Below are positions 63,431-64,000 of a DNA stretch of 64,000 bases, piece by piece (positions within the stretch are counted from its first letter, which is position 1; each line of letters starts with the position of its first letter). The notes below the pieces were generated by a model. That model worked only from the letters and a program-made list of their open reading frames with translations. It was not told the DNA's origin and did not search any database. This DNA comes from an uncultured Nitrospinota bacterium (GTDB lineage: Bacteria > Tectomicrobia > Entotheonellia > J063 > CAVPRW01). The translations under genes were made by a program, and so were the position numbers. Where the stretch lies: the NCBI GenBank assembly GCA_963707985.1, contig CAVPRW010000006.1, positions 1 to 64,000 of the forward strand, written 5' to 3'.

Positions 63431-63612
63431 GTATAGACCAGTACAGAGTGAGCGCGGAGAGGGGGCAGGCTCATGGGGATGGACCGGAGCACGATCTGGT
63501 GCTGTGGCTGGGCAGATGTACGCAGGGAGGGACCGGAGTGGGCGACCGGGATCACTGAAACCATTGACAGGCACCACCGGGGCGAAACGTGTGCAGTAAT
63601 GACCATGATTGG

Positions 63613-64000
63613 TCAACAGTGAGCGTGAGTGGGACGGGCACAGCCCCCCGGCTGTTTGAGGCGAGGATCGAGTGCATCGCGCACGCCGTCGCCCAGAAAA
63701 TTGAACCCCAATACGGTGAGGAAGATCGCTGCCCCTGGGGCCATGGCCATCCAGGGCGCGATCTCCAGATAGCCACGGCCAACGTTGAGCATGGCGCCCC
63801 AGCTGGGTGTAGGCGGCTGCACCAGCCGGAGCAGCCCGGCCTCGGCGAGCGTCGCCGCGGCGATGTGCAAAGACGCCTCGACGATGATCGGGGCGGTGAT
63901 ATTCGGTAGCACATGCTGGATCAGAATGCGCAAATCACTACCGCCCACCGCCCTGGCGGCCTGCACAAACTCCCATTCGCGCACCGACAGCACCTGTCCG
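63613..64000 (-). CDS. peptide/nickel ABC transporter permease (DppC/OppC-like), partial at the window edge
   Basis: EFVQAARAVG..RILIQHVLPN, PPTPSWGAML, NFLGDGVRDALDP. Confidence 0.9.
   Translation of the reverse strand, partial: GQVLSVREWEFVQAARAVGGSDLRILIQHVLPNITAPIIVEASLHIAAATLAEAGLLRLVQPPTPSWGAMLNVGRGYLEIAPWMAMAPGAAIFLTVLGFNFLGDGVRDALDPRLKQPGGCARPTHAHC

Overview
A GC-rich bacterial chromosomal window, probably from a long-read or metagenomic assembly: many otherwise intact genes carry single-base frameshifts. A soil lineage such as Ca. Tectomicrobia is plausible from gene content, but this is inference only. The left half (about 2.4-33 kb) is a decayed accessory island. It holds MITEs with intact inverted repeats (IRs) and target duplications, a vapBC locus, and a large N6-adenine methyltransferase translationally coupled to a small PD-(D/E)xK protein next to a plasmid Rep_3 initiator with iteron-like repeats. 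It also holds a Tn3-type transposase relic with a FimB-like tyrosine recombinase and a candidate recombination site, nested IS elements, an orphan kdpDE, a DUF4157/eCIS-like protein, and two integron attC sites that bound an arylsulfatase with no integrase in the window. The middle (33-46 kb) is mostly housekeeping and catabolic (trmB, HemL-like aminotransferase, pyrE, sigma54-driven rutA, LLM, FAD, Ldh2, SDR, aldolase and 2-hydroxyacid dehydrogenase genes). The right part has TA remnants, an RHS fragment, rlpA-like, SPFH and MATE genes, a decayed SIR2-STAND-TPR (Avs-like) gene, an SDR-arylsulfotransferase-MmgE/PrpD operon, a beta-propeller protein and a partial ABC permease. No rRNA, tRNA or CRISPR array was seen. 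The best candidates for something undescribed are the split methyltransferase + nuclease module on the plasmid relic and the integrase-less attC-bounded sulfatase cassette.
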